Source: Candidatus Versatilivorator sp.
Lineage (GTDB): Bacteria; Acidobacteriota; Terriglobia; Versatilivoradales; Versatilivoraceae
DNA length: 64,000 nucleotides
Direction of reading: 5' to 3'
Assembly: GCA_965207735.1 (NCBI GenBank)
Contig: OZ242296.1
Location: 3,744,001-3,808,000 of the forward strand
Shown: one piece after another, positions 38,957 to 49,476 of the stretch
How the letters are laid out: each line of letters begins with the position of its first letter
Numbering within the stretch: the first letter of the stretch is position 1
Notes under the pieces: generated by a model
Database searches by the model: none
What the model saw: the letters and a program-made list of their open reading frames with translations, nothing else
What the model was told of the DNA's origin: nothing
Translations under genes and position numbers: made by a program

Positions 38957-40663
38957 ATGAAACACAAACCGAATCTCACCATCCTGATCCCGTTGCTGCT
39001 GTTTCTGGCGGGGGCGTTTCCGGGACATGGAGCCGGCGGTCCTGCAGTCAATGGGAAGCCGATCGCGATGACCTTCGTCGATGTGGCCGAGCAGGCCGGT
39101 ATCGATTTTCAGCACTACAGCGGCAGCGCCGAGAAGACCTATATGCTGGAATCGATGAGCGGGGGAGTGGCCTGGATCGACTATGACCGGGACGGCTGGC
39201 AGGATCTCTACCTGGTGAACGGCGGCCACTGGGATGAGCTGCTGCAGGGGAAACGGAGCATCTCCAACGCGCTCTACCGCAACAACGGCGACGGCACCTT
39301 CACCGACGTCACCCGGAAGGCGGGTGTCGGGGGCAAGCGGTGGGGCATGGGTGTGGCAGCGGCCGACTACGACAACGACGGCTGGCCGGACCTCTACGTG
39401 TGCAACTTCGGGCCTAACAATCTCTATCGGAACAACGGCGACGGTACCTTCACCGACGTAGCCGATCGAACCGGAGTCGCGGACGGGCGCTGGGGGGTCA
39501 GCGCGGCCTTCGGGGACTATGACGCCGATGGCCACCTGGACCTCTATGTGGCCAACAACGTCACCTTTGACCCTATGAATCCGCCTCCCATGAATTGCAA
39601 GTATCGGGGCATCACCGTCCAGTGCGGTCCCACGGGCCTGCCCTGCGACGGCGACATCCTCTACCGCAACAACGGCGACGGCACCTTCACCGACGTCACT
39701 CGGAAGGCGGGAGTGGCGGGAGTCAAACCCTCCTTCGGACTCGGGGTGGTGTGGACCGACTACGACAACGACAAGGATCTGGACCTCTACGTGGCCAACG
39801 ATCAGATGGCCAACTTCATGTTCGAGAACCAGGGGGACGGGACCTTCAGCGAGATCGCCATGCTTGCCGGGGCCGGTTACTCCGATGACGGCGTCGCCCA
39901 GGGCAGCATGGGGGTCGATTTCGGCGACTACGACCACGACGGGCTGCTGGACATCTTCATCACCCACTTTTCCGACGACTACAACACGCTCTACCGCAAT
40001 CTGGGCGACGGGAACTTTCGGGATGTCAGCCATTTGGCCGAACTGGCCTTCCCCAGTTGGACCTATCTGGCCTGGGGGACCGGCTTCGCGGATTTCGACA
40101 ACGACGGCTGGGAGGATCTGTTCATCGCCAACGGGCACGTGTTTCCCCAAGTGGACCGCTACGAGATGGGCCAGAGCTTCTATCAGCGCAGCCAGCTCTT
40201 TCGCAACCTGGGCAACGGAAGGTTCCACGAGGTCACGGCCGGACTCGACCAGGTCAAGCTCTGGTCCAGCCGGGGAGCGGCCTTTGCCGACTTTGACAAC
40301 GATGGGGATGTCGACGTGGCCGTCAACAACCTGGACGGGAACCCCTGGCTGCTGAGAAACGATGGCGGCAGCCGGCAACGCTGGCTGAGCCTGCGCCTGG
40401 AAGGCACCCGCAGCAATCGCGGCGCCGTAGGGGCCCGGGTGACGGCCCTCACCCGGACGGGGGTCCAGATCCGGGAGGTGCGGGGAGGGTCCAGCTACCA
40501 ATCGACTCATGACCTGAGAGTGCACTTCGGCCTGGGAAAGGCCAACAAGGTCAAGTCGTTGGAGGTGCGCTGGCCGAACGGAACCGCGCAGAGGTTTACC
40601 GACGTCTCCGGCAACCGGAGATACCGGCTCAAGGAAGGAGGCCGTCTTGAGCGGGACAAGTAG
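38957..40663 (+). CDS. CRTAC1-like FG-GAP / ASPIC-UnbV protein
   Basis: Repeated DYDNDG..DL and LYRNNGDGTFTDV; C-terminal GARV...HFGLG...VRWP. Confidence 0.95.
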   Translation: MKHKPNLTILIPLLLFLAGAFPGHGAGGPAVNGKPIAMTFVDVAEQAGIDFQHYSGSAEKTYMLESMSGGVAWIDYDRDGWQDLYLVNGGHWDELLQGKRSISNALYRNNGDGTFTDVTRKAGVGGKRWGMGVAAADYDNDGWPDLYVCNFGPNNLYRNNGDGTFTDVADRTGVADGRWGVSAAFGDYDADGHLDLYVANNVTFDPMNPPPMNCKYRGITVQCGPTGLPCDGDILYRNNGDGTFTDVTRKAGVAGVKPSFGLGVVWTDYDNDKDLDLYVANDQMANFMFENQGDGTFSEIAMLAGAGYSDDGVAQGSMGVDFGDYDHDGLLDIFITHFSDDYNTLYRNLGDGNFRDVSHLAELAFPSWTYLAWGTGFADFDNDGWEDLFIANGHVFPQVDRYEMGQSFYQRSQLFRNLGNGRFHEVTAGLDQVKLWSSRGAAFADFDNDGDVDVAVNNLDGNPWLLRNDGGSRQRWLSLRLEGTRSNRGAVGARVTALTRTGVQIREVRGGSSYQSTHDLRVHFGLGKANKVKSLEVRWPNGTAQRFTDVSGNRRYRLKEGGRLERDK

Positions 40664-40692
40664 CGAGGTTGCGCCTCAGACCGAAAGGCTGA

Positions 40693-40786
40693 TGAATTGT
40701 TGATTGATGATTTCTGATCGTCGATTGGGGAGTTATGACGACTGATTTTGCCTCAAATCCACAATCCACAATCTGCAATCTGCAAT
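40693..40786. repeat. Inverted heptamer tandem arms
   Basis: GATTGAT-GATTTCT-GATCGTC-GATTGG facing CACAATC-CACAATC-TGCAATC-TGCAAT. Confidence 0.6.
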
Positions 40787-41841
40787 ACAAGCGGGGATCC
40801 TCGGGGGCTCTATTTGCGGGTCGCCGGTCGGCAAAGCCGGCTGTTTGGGCACTACCCCGGAATCCGGGAGGCTATTCCCGCAAGCCCCTGGCCCGTGTGC
40901 TGGGGTTTTCCGTGGTTCTCTGGGTCGTGTTTTTCAGTCCCTGGCTGCTGGGAGAGTCCCGGCACTACCGAGAGGCTCGGGACTTGCACGAGAAGCAGCA
41001 GACTCTGATGGCCATGCTGGCTGCCCAGAAGGCCGTGGAGGAAGATCCGGAGAACGCCGACCACGTTTTTCTCTACGGATTGATCCTGACCGACCTGAAT
41101 CAGTTCAGCGAAGCCGAGGTTCAGCTTCGCAAGGCCCTGAGCCTCCGGCCGGATGATGCCGAGTTCCACTATCGCCTGGCCGCCCTGCTCCTGCAGCAGA
41201 AAATAGAGTGGAAGGCCACCCTGGGGCTGGACCGGCGCGACACCAGCACCCCGGTCATTCTGGGAACCGAACAGGAAGCCCAGGAATCCCTGGAAAAGAC
41301 CGTCAAGCTCGACCCCAACCACCTCAAGGCCCGACTCCACCTGGGTCGCACCTATTACGACCACAACCACCACCTGAAGGCCCGGCGGCAGTTCGATGCG
41401 GTACTGGAAAGGGATCCCGACTACCCCTGGCTCCACTACCATCTGGCTCTGCTCCATTCCGCCCGGGGAGAGGTGCAAGCGGCTACCCGAGAGCTGGAAA
41501 AGGAAATCGAGCTCCATCCGACCCACTCCCAGGCCCGACTGGAGCTGGGTGAGTGGCTGGTCAAGACCGGCCGGTTCGAAAGAGGTTTGAGCCATCTTTC
41601 CCAGGTGAAGCAGGACGAGGTCCATCCGGTCGACCTGAACTACGCCATCGCCAAGGCCCACCGAGGGTTGGGGAATCCCGCCCAAGCCCTGGCCGCGGCT
41701 CGGAAATGCGTGGAGATGGACCCCGAGTTCTCCGATGCCCACTACCTGCTGGGCCAGCTCTACCGGGAAACCGGGGAACTGGAGCTGGCTCGACAGTCCT
41801 TGGAAACCTTCCAAAAAGTCAAGAAGAGCCCCAGCCGCTGA
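40735..41841 (+). CDS. TPR protein, probably exported
   Basis: Multiple TPR motifs (AHYLLG, ARLHLG); true start probably downstream (near 40897). Confidence 0.88.
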   Translation: MTTDFASNPQSTICNLQYKRGSSGALFAGRRSAKPAVWALPRNPGGYSRKPLARVLGFSVVLWVVFFSPWLLGESRHYREARDLHEKQQTLMAMLAAQKAVEEDPENADHVFLYGLILTDLNQFSEAEVQLRKALSLRPDDAEFHYRLAALLLQQKIEWKATLGLDRRDTSTPVILGTEQEAQESLEKTVKLDPNHLKARLHLGRTYYDHNHHLKARRQFDAVLERDPDYPWLHYHLALLHSARGEVQAATRELEKEIELHPTHSQARLELGEWLVKTGRFERGLSHLSQVKQDEVHPVDLNYAIAKAHRGLGNPAQALAAARKCVEMDPEFSDAHYLLGQLYRETGELELARQSLETFQKVKKSPSR

Positions 41842-41943
41842 GAGTTCCTCCTTATTGACTTTCGGCCGTTCCTTGGCCAACATGGACCAACATGGATTGG
41901 TTATCGAATTCGACCCTTTGAATCGGAATTGGGTGAGTGTCTC

Positions 41944-43548
41944 ATGAAACTGGCGAAATGGACGTGCTGGCTTGTTTGCGGAGTGCTGCTGTCACCGCTG
42001 GCGGTGATGGAGGCTCAGAAGAAGAAGGACAGGCAGCGGGAGCGGTCGCTGCGCCGGGAAACTCAGGACCGGTTCCTCAAGAAATGGCTCAAGCAGGACG
42101 TCTCCTTCATCATCACGCCTGAGGAGAGAGATGCGTTCGACAGTTTGAGCAGCGACGAGGAGCGCTACCAGTTCATCGAGCAGTTTTGGCTGAGACGGGA
42201 TCCCAACCCGGACACCATCGTCAACGAGTTCCGGGACGAGCACTACCGGCGCATCGCCTACGCCAATGAGCGTTTCACTTCAGGCAAGATGGGCTGGAAG
42301 ACCGATCGCGGGCGCATTTACATCATGTACGGCCCCCCGGATCAGATCGAGACCCACCACGGGGGAGGCACCTACTACCGGCCCTACTGGGAAGGGGGAG
42401 GAAAGACCAGCACCCATCCCTTCATCACCTGGCGTTACCGTTACCTGGACGGGATGGACCTGGGATCGGAGGTCATCATCGAGTTCGTGGATCGCACCTT
42501 TACCGGCGAGTACCGCATGGCGCTCGATCCTTTCGAGAAGGACGCCCTCAAGAATACTCCGGTGGCCGACCTGACCGAAAACCAGAGAATGGGGCTGGGC
42601 GACGATTCGAGCCGCCATACCCGTTACCCCTCGGGGTTGTTCTATTCGACCTTTCAGATCAGCCAGATGAACCGGTTGAGACAGGTGGCGGCTCTCAACC
42701 GGGCTCCCAAGATCCGGTTCAAGGACCTGGAAACGGTGGTGGACACCAAGCTCACCTACAACGCCTTTCCCTTCGACTACCGGACCGACTTCATCAAGAT
42801 CACCGAGGACACCATCCTGACCCCCATCACCGTGGTCATGAAGAACAGCGACATGACCTTCAAGGACGCGGAGGGCGTCAAGAAGGCCGAGGTGAACGTC
42901 TTTGGCAGGATCACCACCATCACCGGCCGCTCGGTTCAGGTATTCGAGGAGGTTGTCCGGCAGATAGCGCCCGAGGCCCTCTTCAAGAGCACCCTGGAGA
43001 AGCGTTCCCTCTACCAGACCCGCATTCCCCTGAGATCGGGCCTCTACAAGCTGGAACTGGTGCTCAAGGACCTCAACAGCGGCAACATCGGCACCGTCTA
43101 CCACAGCATCCGGGTGCCGAAGTTTCCCCAGGACCAGTTGGCCACCAGCAGCATCATCCTGGCCGACCAACTGGAGCGGCTGCCCAGAAAGCAGGTGGGT
43201 TCCGGCCAGTTCGTGATCGGAAGCTCCAAGGTGCTTCCCAGCGTCGAAGAATCTTTCGGCAGAGACCGGCCCATGGGGGTCTATTTTCAGGTGTACAACC
43301 TGGCCAGGGACGAGCAGACCCAAAAGCCCTCCGCCACCATCGAATACGTGCTGAAGAAGGGCGGGAGGGAAATCGGCAGAGCCCTCGAGTCCAACGACAA
43401 GCTGGCCGGAGCGGCTCAGCAGATGACCCTGCAGAAGCTGGTGGCCCTGGACGAACTCGACCCCGGTCAATACAGCCTGGTGGTTCAGGTCACCGACAAC
43501 GTGGCTGACCGGTCTATCGCCCCCGAGGCCAAGTTCGTGGTTCGCTAG
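41944..43548 (+). CDS. GWxTD domain protein
   Basis: FIEQFWLRRDP, EHYRRIAYAN, GWKTDRGRIYIMYGPPD; signal peptide. Confidence 0.95.
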   Translation: MKLAKWTCWLVCGVLLSPLAVMEAQKKKDRQRERSLRRETQDRFLKKWLKQDVSFIITPEERDAFDSLSSDEERYQFIEQFWLRRDPNPDTIVNEFRDEHYRRIAYANERFTSGKMGWKTDRGRIYIMYGPPDQIETHHGGGTYYRPYWEGGGKTSTHPFITWRYRYLDGMDLGSEVIIEFVDRTFTGEYRMALDPFEKDALKNTPVADLTENQRMGLGDDSSRHTRYPSGLFYSTFQISQMNRLRQVAALNRAPKIRFKDLETVVDTKLTYNAFPFDYRTDFIKITEDTILTPITVVMKNSDMTFKDAEGVKKAEVNVFGRITTITGRSVQVFEEVVRQIAPEALFKSTLEKRSLYQTRIPLRSGLYKLELVLKDLNSGNIGTVYHSIRVPKFPQDQLATSSIILADQLERLPRKQVGSGQFVIGSSKVLPSVEESFGRDRPMGVYFQVYNLARDEQTQKPSATIEYVLKKGGREIGRALESNDKLAGAAQQMTLQKLVALDELDPGQYSLVVQVTDNVADRSIAPEAKFVVR

Positions 43549-43874
43549 CCGGCCTGGGGAAATCAGCCCGACTCGGCCCTGCCGGGCGGCTGGACGGTTT
43601 CCGGATTCCTCAATGTCCTACGAGATACCGTATCGGGTATCAAAACTACGGCGCCGGAGGCCAAAAAGCTGACCGTTCATTATAATTTATTCATTCCATT
43701 GAGCTTACTTGGGTTGAGCCCCTTGGAAGCGGCGGACGGGCAGACGGATGCGGAGCCACTGACTTCAATATTTCGTAGAATGGCGGTAGCGAGTTTGGAT
43801 GAGCGCGAGCGGAGTTGGATTCTAAAGAACTGAATAATAAAGGTTTAAGTTTATTTTTTTCATCTTCCGGATTT

Positions 43875-43890
43875 TGGCAAGCTGATTGCT
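43875..43890 (+). promoter_or_regulatory. Sigma54-type -24/-12 promoter
   Basis: TGGCAA-GCTGA-TTGCT with canonical spacing, about 95 bp upstream of the receptor ATG. Confidence 0.7.
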
Positions 43891-43983
43891 CCTATAAAGC
43901 TGGTTAGGCATGATTTCTCGAAGTCGCTTCACAGAATCGACTTCATTTAAGTGGCAAACGTTAACTTGAGGAGGTATCCACTG

Positions 43984-46900
43984 ATGCAACGCTTTCTAAC
44001 AGTGGCGGGATTGGCCGTTGTCCTGGCCCTTACACTGTCCTACACGCCCCTGCTGGCCCAGGAGTACACCGGCATGCACGGAAACGTCGAGGACGAGACC
44101 GGCGCCAGGGTGACCCAGGTCGAGGTCACGGCGACCGAAGAAGCCACGGGAATTACCCGGTCCACCGTGAGCAACGAGGTAGGCATCTACGAGCTGCGCG
44201 GCCTGCCGCCCGGGACCTACACCCTGGCGGCCGAGCTGGCCGGCTTCAAGGCCTACACCAACAGCGGCGTGATCATCTTCGCCGGACGTCCCCGGCGCGT
44301 CAACATCGTGCTGCAGGTGGGCGATATCCAGGACACCATCACGGTTTCCGAGGAAGGCGCCGTCATCGAGACGGACAAGTCCAGCATCACCTACACCTTG
44401 CCCTACAAGGAGGTGGAGGCCTTCCGGATTGCCGCCAGCCTGATCTACACGGTGGGGAACAATCCCGGCGCCGAGTCCCGCAGTCAGGTGCACGGGGCCT
44501 TCGCCAACAACACCACCTCGCTGCAGGACGGCGTGGCCACCAATGCCTACGGCACCTTCCGGGCGCCTCAGGAACTGGTGCAGGAGATCAACCAGGTTTC
44601 GCTGAACGCCCCGGCCGAGTACAAGACCGCCACTACCATCAACGGGGTGGGCCGCGGCGGCACCAATCAGTACCACGGCGAGATTTGGATGCAGTTGGAC
44701 CATCCCCGCCTGCGGGCCTTGACCGTCGGCCAGACCCGGCATCCTCCCGCCAAGCCGGGTGTCCGCTGGAACTACACGGCCTCGGGTCCCATTTACATCC
44801 CCAAGATCTACGACGGCCGGGACAGGACCTTCTTCCACTTCTACGTTCAACCCAACAGGAGCGACCAGAAGGCTCCCATCCGGAACTATGTCTACCCCAC
44901 GGCGGCCATTCGCGGCGGGGACCTGACCGAGGTGGTGCAGCAGCAGTTGGGAGGGAATCCCGTCATCAATCCCTTTACGGGCGAGCCTTTCGCCAACAAC
45001 ATCATTCCCGCCGATATGATCAGCCCGGCGGCGATCGGGGCCCTGAGATACGCTCCCATGCCCAATGCTTTCAACCCCTTGGGCACCCTGGTCGACAACA
45101 CCCATGGGTTCCAGTTCGGGAGCAACGTGGAGAAGGACTGGCACGTGCGCTTCGACCACGCCATCACCGACTCCAACACCCTCTCCTTCAACCACTACGG
45201 CTACAACCGGGTCCTGGACGAAGGCAATACCATTTCGCTTTCGACTTGGTACGGCGACAACGCCACCCGCATGTGGAGTGTCCAGGATTCGCACATGTTC
45301 TCCCCCACGGTGATCAACGAGTTCACCTTCGGGACCAACGACCAGGGATACGACCAGCAGGGCGCCACCACCGACGGCAACACCCTGCTCAGGGAGTTCG
45401 GCATCGACCTGGGCGGGCGCACCTCGCCCGAGGGACCCGGATGCCCCCAGATCTACACGGGGCTGTGGGGATTCCAGCCGGGCGCCCTCTCCGGTTCCTT
45501 CTCGGCCACCGAGCTCACCTTCCCCTTCCTGGGACGCTGCGGCGCCGGCGGTGACAGCAGCAATCCCAAGGTCTGGGTGATGAAGGACAGCGTCTCCGTC
45601 AACAAGGGCACCCACCTCATCAAGTTCGGGATCGAGGCCAACTGGGAGCGGCCCTTCGGGTCGGCCAACAGTCCAGACGCCTGGGGTGTGTATCGCTTCA
45701 CCGGCCATTACAGCGGGAGCGACATTGGCGACTTCCTGCTCGGAGTCCCCCGAGAGACGTCAATCGCGACCTCCCGGGCCCCCGTTCACGCCCGCGGGTT
45801 CGACTTCGGGTTCTTCGCCCAGGACGACTGGAAGGTGACCCCGCGTCTGACCATGACCTACGGCGCCCGCATCCAGCACTTCGGGGCTCCTACGGACGCC
45901 AACGGACTCTTCTACAACTTCGACTTCGACAACCTGCGGGTGGTGGTTCCCGACCGGTCCTTCCACCACGTGGTGCCGGTGTGGCCGCAGGGAGCGATTC
46001 CGGTGGTGAAAGCCAGCGACGCCGGCTATCCCCAGAGCCTGGTCAACTTCACCACGGCCCACATCTCTCCGCGCTTCGGCTTGGCCTATCGCATCAACGA
46101 CTTCACCGTGATCCGGGCCGGCTACGGCATCTACCACGTGCCCTTCGCCATCGCCGGGGCAGGAACGAGCGGCCTCGGGCGGGCCGGCTGGCTGGGAGGC
46201 CGCGAGGCCGGACCCTTCGCCGGATCGGAGACGTTCGGGCCCAACGTGATCACCGACGGCGTGCCGCAGTTGACGTTCACGAATCCCTTCCTGCCCGCGG
46301 GCAGCGGCGCCACCTCCAAGCAGGGCGTGCGGGGGATTCCCCTCAACAGCCGCAAGGACGCCTGGGCTTACGACCAGCAGTGGAACCTGACCCTGGAGAA
46401 CGACCTGGGCGACGGTTGGGCCTCCCGGATTTCCTACGTGGCCTCCAAGGGAACCAGTTGGCCCTATCGGAGCAACCTGCAGACTCCCACCCCCAGCACC
46501 ATTCCCTTCGACGAGCGGACGGACAAGTTCCCCTGGGGCGAGAACTTCTCCTTCGTCGACCGGCACGACCTGGGAGGGACCGGAAGCTTCCACAGCATGG
46601 AAGTGGAAGCCACCCGCCAGTTCAGCCGGGGCATCTACCTGCGCGCCTGGTACGAGTGGAAGAAGAACCTGGCCGACGTCATCCCGGGGCTGTTTTCCTC
46701 CACCATCGGCTTCGAGGCCGAAGATCCGCTGGACCGCCAGCGCGACAAGGGCATCCAGAACGGAATCCGCCGGCAGCGCTGGCACGTGGGCGGGGTCTGG
46801 GATCTCCCCGTGGGCCAGGGGAGGCAGTACGCCGCCAACATCGGCGGCATTCTCAACACCCTGATCGGCGATTGGACGGCCGCCTTCAAGTTCACCGGCG

Positions 46901-47325
46901 GCTCCGGAACGGCCTTCACGCCCGGCTACTCCGGTTCGGATCCCTCCAACACCGGACGATCCAGCGGCCGTCCGGACCAGTTGTGCAATCCCAACGGCTT
47001 CGGCGAAACGCCAGGTTTCGGTTGGAACAAGTCCTGCTTTAAGATTCCTGACGCAGGAATCGGCCGCTACGGCAACGCCAGCCGCGGGATGCTGATTGCG
47101 CCTCGGGATTGGGGAACCGATCTCAACGTGTTCAAGCGGTTCAACCTGACCCAGTACGAGAACGGACCCTACTTCAACTTCGAGACCTACATCTCCAACC
47201 TCCTGAACCACCGCAACGCCTCGGGTCCCTCCTCGACCGATATCTCGGCTGCCAACTTCGGACTCTTCCAACCCAGCGGGTGGGAAGCGCGCCGCATCGT
47301 GTTCCGCTTGCGTCTCGGCTTCTAG
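43984..47325 (+). CDS. Oar-like TonB-dependent receptor with carboxypeptidase-regulatory-like N-domain
   Basis: G.VEDETGA, LPPGTY...GF, FAQDDWKVTPRLT, SPRFGLAY, C-terminal LRLGF; GGAGG RBS. Confidence 0.93.
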   Translation: MQRFLTVAGLAVVLALTLSYTPLLAQEYTGMHGNVEDETGARVTQVEVTATEEATGITRSTVSNEVGIYELRGLPPGTYTLAAELAGFKAYTNSGVIIFAGRPRRVNIVLQVGDIQDTITVSEEGAVIETDKSSITYTLPYKEVEAFRIAASLIYTVGNNPGAESRSQVHGAFANNTTSLQDGVATNAYGTFRAPQELVQEINQVSLNAPAEYKTATTINGVGRGGTNQYHGEIWMQLDHPRLRALTVGQTRHPPAKPGVRWNYTASGPIYIPKIYDGRDRTFFHFYVQPNRSDQKAPIRNYVYPTAAIRGGDLTEVVQQQLGGNPVINPFTGEPFANNIIPADMISPAAIGALRYAPMPNAFNPLGTLVDNTHGFQFGSNVEKDWHVRFDHAITDSNTLSFNHYGYNRVLDEGNTISLSTWYGDNATRMWSVQDSHMFSPTVINEFTFGTNDQGYDQQGATTDGNTLLREFGIDLGGRTSPEGPGCPQIYTGLWGFQPGALSGSFSATELTFPFLGRCGAGGDSSNPKVWVMKDSVSVNKGTHLIKFGIEANWERPFGSANSPDAWGVYRFTGHYSGSDIGDFLLGVPRETSIATSRAPVHARGFDFGFFAQDDWKVTPRLTMTYGARIQHFGAPTDANGLFYNFDFDNLRVVVPDRSFHHVVPVWPQGAIPVVKASDAGYPQSLVNFTTAHISPRFGLAYRINDFTVIRAGYGIYHVPFAIAGAGTSGLGRAGWLGGREAGPFAGSETFGPNVITDGVPQLTFTNPFLPAGSGATSKQGVRGIPLNSRKDAWAYDQQWNLTLENDLGDGWASRISYVASKGTSWPYRSNLQTPTPSTIPFDERTDKFPWGENFSFVDRHDLGGTGSFHSMEVEATRQFSRGIYLRAWYEWKKNLADVIPGLFSSTIGFEAEDPLDRQRDKGIQNGIRRQRWHVGGVWDLPVGQGRQYAANIGGILNTLIGDWTAAFKFTGGSGTAFTPGYSGSDPSNTGRSSGRPDQLCNPNGFGETPGFGWNKSCFKIPDAGIGRYGNASRGMLIAPRDWGTDLNVFKRFNLTQYENGPYFNFETYISNLLNHRNASGPSSTDISAANFGLFQPSGWEARRIVFRLRLGF

Positions 47326-47350
47326 CAGGACCGAGCGCCGGATCCTTTAC

Positions 47351-47385
47351 AAAAGCCCCGTGCAACCAGCACGGGGCTTTTTTTT
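47351..47385 (+). terminator. Rho-independent terminator
   Basis: AAAAGCCCCGTGC-AACCA-GCACGGGGC followed by T8. Confidence 0.92.
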
Positions 47386-47429
47386 GCCATCGCTCCCCCC
47401 TTGAGAAGAAAGTAAAGGAATGGCCCCCC

Positions 47430-47455
47430 CCGGGAGCGCGGGCGTCCCGCCCGCA
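47430..47455. repeat. REP-like hairpin, type 2
   Basis: CCGGGAGCGCGGGCGTCCCGCCCGCA; one-mismatch copy at 63531. Confidence 0.75.
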
Positions 47456-47592
47456 CAAGACTTGGCACGGCTTCGGCCTCTTATCGAAAGGGAATGCACC
47501 ATTGCTTCCATTCCGCTACAGTAACCATTTTTGACCAAGCTTGTTATTCCTGCTAGGATGGATGTCTGTGCTACCGCGTGGAGGTCTGGTCA

Positions 47593-47865
47593 ATGAATGT
47601 GTCTCTTACGTCGGAACTTGAAGCGTTTGTAGCAACCAAGGTGCGGAGTGGGCGCTACCATTCGGCCAGTGAGGTGATTCGTGAGGCATTGAGGCTGCTG
47701 GAGGAGCGTGAACAGTTGAGAGCCCTGAGAATTCGCGCACTACGGAAGAAAATTGGCGAAGGATTGGAGCAACTGGATCGCGGCGAAGGAATTGCCGGGG
47801 AGTTGATATTCTCCGAACTCGAGGCTGAGTTGGGCATCCTGGAACAAACCCGGCACGAAGATTGA
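47593..47865 (+). CDS. parD: ParD-family antitoxin
   Basis: MNVSLT.ELE.FV..KV.SGRY.SASEVIREALRLLEE. Confidence 0.93.
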   Translation: MNVSLTSELEAFVATKVRSGRYHSASEVIREALRLLEEREQLRALRIRALRKKIGEGLEQLDRGEGIAGELIFSELEAELGILEQTRHED

Positions 47866-48152
47866 GTCGATACCTTCTTTCCCCAGCCGCGGTTCAAGAC
47901 CTCAGAGAAATTCAAGCCTACATTGCACGGGACAGCACTGACGCAGCCCGGCGGGTGGTCACTCGACTTCGCACGGCTTGCGAGCGACTCGCACGGAATC
48001 CGTTTATGGGACATTGTCGCGAGGATTTGACAGATCAACCGGTATTATTCTGGCCCGTAGGAGTGTATTCAGTCATCTATCGCCGAGAGACCACGCCTCT
48101 GGAAATCGTGCGGGTGTTGCACGGATCTCGGGACATTCAGAATCTGGTGTAA
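47862..48152 (+). CDS. parE: ParE/RelE-family toxin
   Basis: A.QDLREI..YIA.DS..AA, P.MG..R, IVRVLHGSRD; overlaps parD. Confidence 0.92.
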   Translation: MSRYLLSPAAVQDLREIQAYIARDSTDAARRVVTRLRTACERLARNPFMGHCREDLTDQPVLFWPVGVYSVIYRRETTPLEIVRVLHGSRDIQNLV

Positions 48153-48195
48153 CGAAAGCACCGTCCCTGCCAGCTCATCCAAGAACACTCTCGGA

Positions 48196-49350
48196 TTGAC
48201 GCCGCCGACAGCCTTGAACGTCCCGTTCAACACAACTCGAATCCTGCCGTTACTTCTCATTTTGTTATTTGGAGTCCCGCTGTTCTCGCGGGCGGACGCC
48301 TATCGGGAGGCGTTGGCAAGATACCGGGCCGGAAGTTACCTGGAGGCGCTGGTGGCCGTGCAGAATGCCGTGAGCCAGGATGAAGGCAATGCCTCCTACC
48401 ACCTGCTGCATGCCAAGGTCTTGGCAGAGCTACGACAGTACGGCGACGCCGAGATGAGCCTGAAGCGGGCAAGCGAACTGCGTCCCCAGTGGGTAGAGCC
48501 TTTCTACGAGTTGGGAGTGCTCCTGTTCAGGCGCGGGAATATCCAGGAGGCCGTTACGACGCTTGCCAAGGGAGTCGAGCTTGCACCCGATTCGGTCAAG
48601 ACTCGCTTTCTACTGGGCGTCAGCTATATGCAGATCAACCGGGACCATGCGGCCCTGGACCAGTTCAAGGCCGTGGAGGCGGCCGATTCACGCTACCCCG
48701 CGGTTCACCACAGCATCGGACGGGTTTACTTTAGGCAGGGCAGGGACAGCGATGCCATTGAGCACTTCGGAACCGAGTTGGAGCACAACCCCGATCATCA
48801 CGCGGCCAGGTTTCTCTTGGGCAAGGCGCTGGTACGAATGGGAAGGGCGGAAGAGGCGGTGGTGCACTTGCTCGGGCTTCAGGGGAAAGAGGTGGGCCAG
48901 GGGCAACTGCATTACTATCTGGGTGCGGCCTACCGCCGCCAGGGGAAACGGGCAGAGGCTCTGGAAGCGCTTCAGAAGAGCATCGCGCTCAATCCCAACT
49001 CCTATGAATCTCGCTACCTGCTGGCTCGGCTCTACCTGGAAACCGGCCAGTCCGACCTGGCCCGGAAGCATATGGCCATGTTCGAGCAATTGCGCCAGAG
49101 AGAAGGTCGGGGGCGGTCGGTCGATGCTTTGAAGCAGAAGGGGCAGGACCCGGAATTCAGCGAAGCCGACATCGACGGCGATGGCCAGTTGACCCCAGCC
49201 GAATTCGAAGGCTTCGTCAATACGCGGGTGAAGGGATTTACAAGGCACGGCGAGTTCTTCCAGGGTTTGGATGGCAACGGCGACGGCCGCCTGGACCGCC
49301 AGGAGTTCGCCCGGCGATTCGAGCTTCTGCGACAACTTCAGAGTCAATAA
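48196..49350 (+). CDS. Exported TPR protein with C-terminal EF-hand pair
   Basis: Signal peptide, multiple TPRs, DIDGDGQLTPAEF and DGNGDGRLDRQEF. Confidence 0.88.
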   Translation: MTPPTALNVPFNTTRILPLLLILLFGVPLFSRADAYREALARYRAGSYLEALVAVQNAVSQDEGNASYHLLHAKVLAELRQYGDAEMSLKRASELRPQWVEPFYELGVLLFRRGNIQEAVTTLAKGVELAPDSVKTRFLLGVSYMQINRDHAALDQFKAVEAADSRYPAVHHSIGRVYFRQGRDSDAIEHFGTELEHNPDHHAARFLLGKALVRMGRAEEAVVHLLGLQGKEVGQGQLHYYLGAAYRRQGKRAEALEALQKSIALNPNSYESRYLLARLYLETGQSDLARKHMAMFEQLRQREGRGRSVDALKQKGQDPEFSEADIDGDGQLTPAEFEGFVNTRVKGFTRHGEFFQGLDGNGDGRLDRQEFARRFELLRQLQSQ

Positions 49351-49476
49351 GAAGCAGGTTGGCGTTGGTCCGAATAGAGACGGCTTGAGGCTCTTGAGGT
49401 CCCAACAGGGGGGTTGCAAGTGAAGCTTCACCAAGGCCCCGGTCAGTGGTCGGCGGCTGAAAGCCCGGAGCCTGTG

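Noticed and set aside
47463-47477. Sigma54-like TGGCACG...GC upstream of parD
   Set aside because: Poor -12 element (TCGGC) and it lies next to a REP
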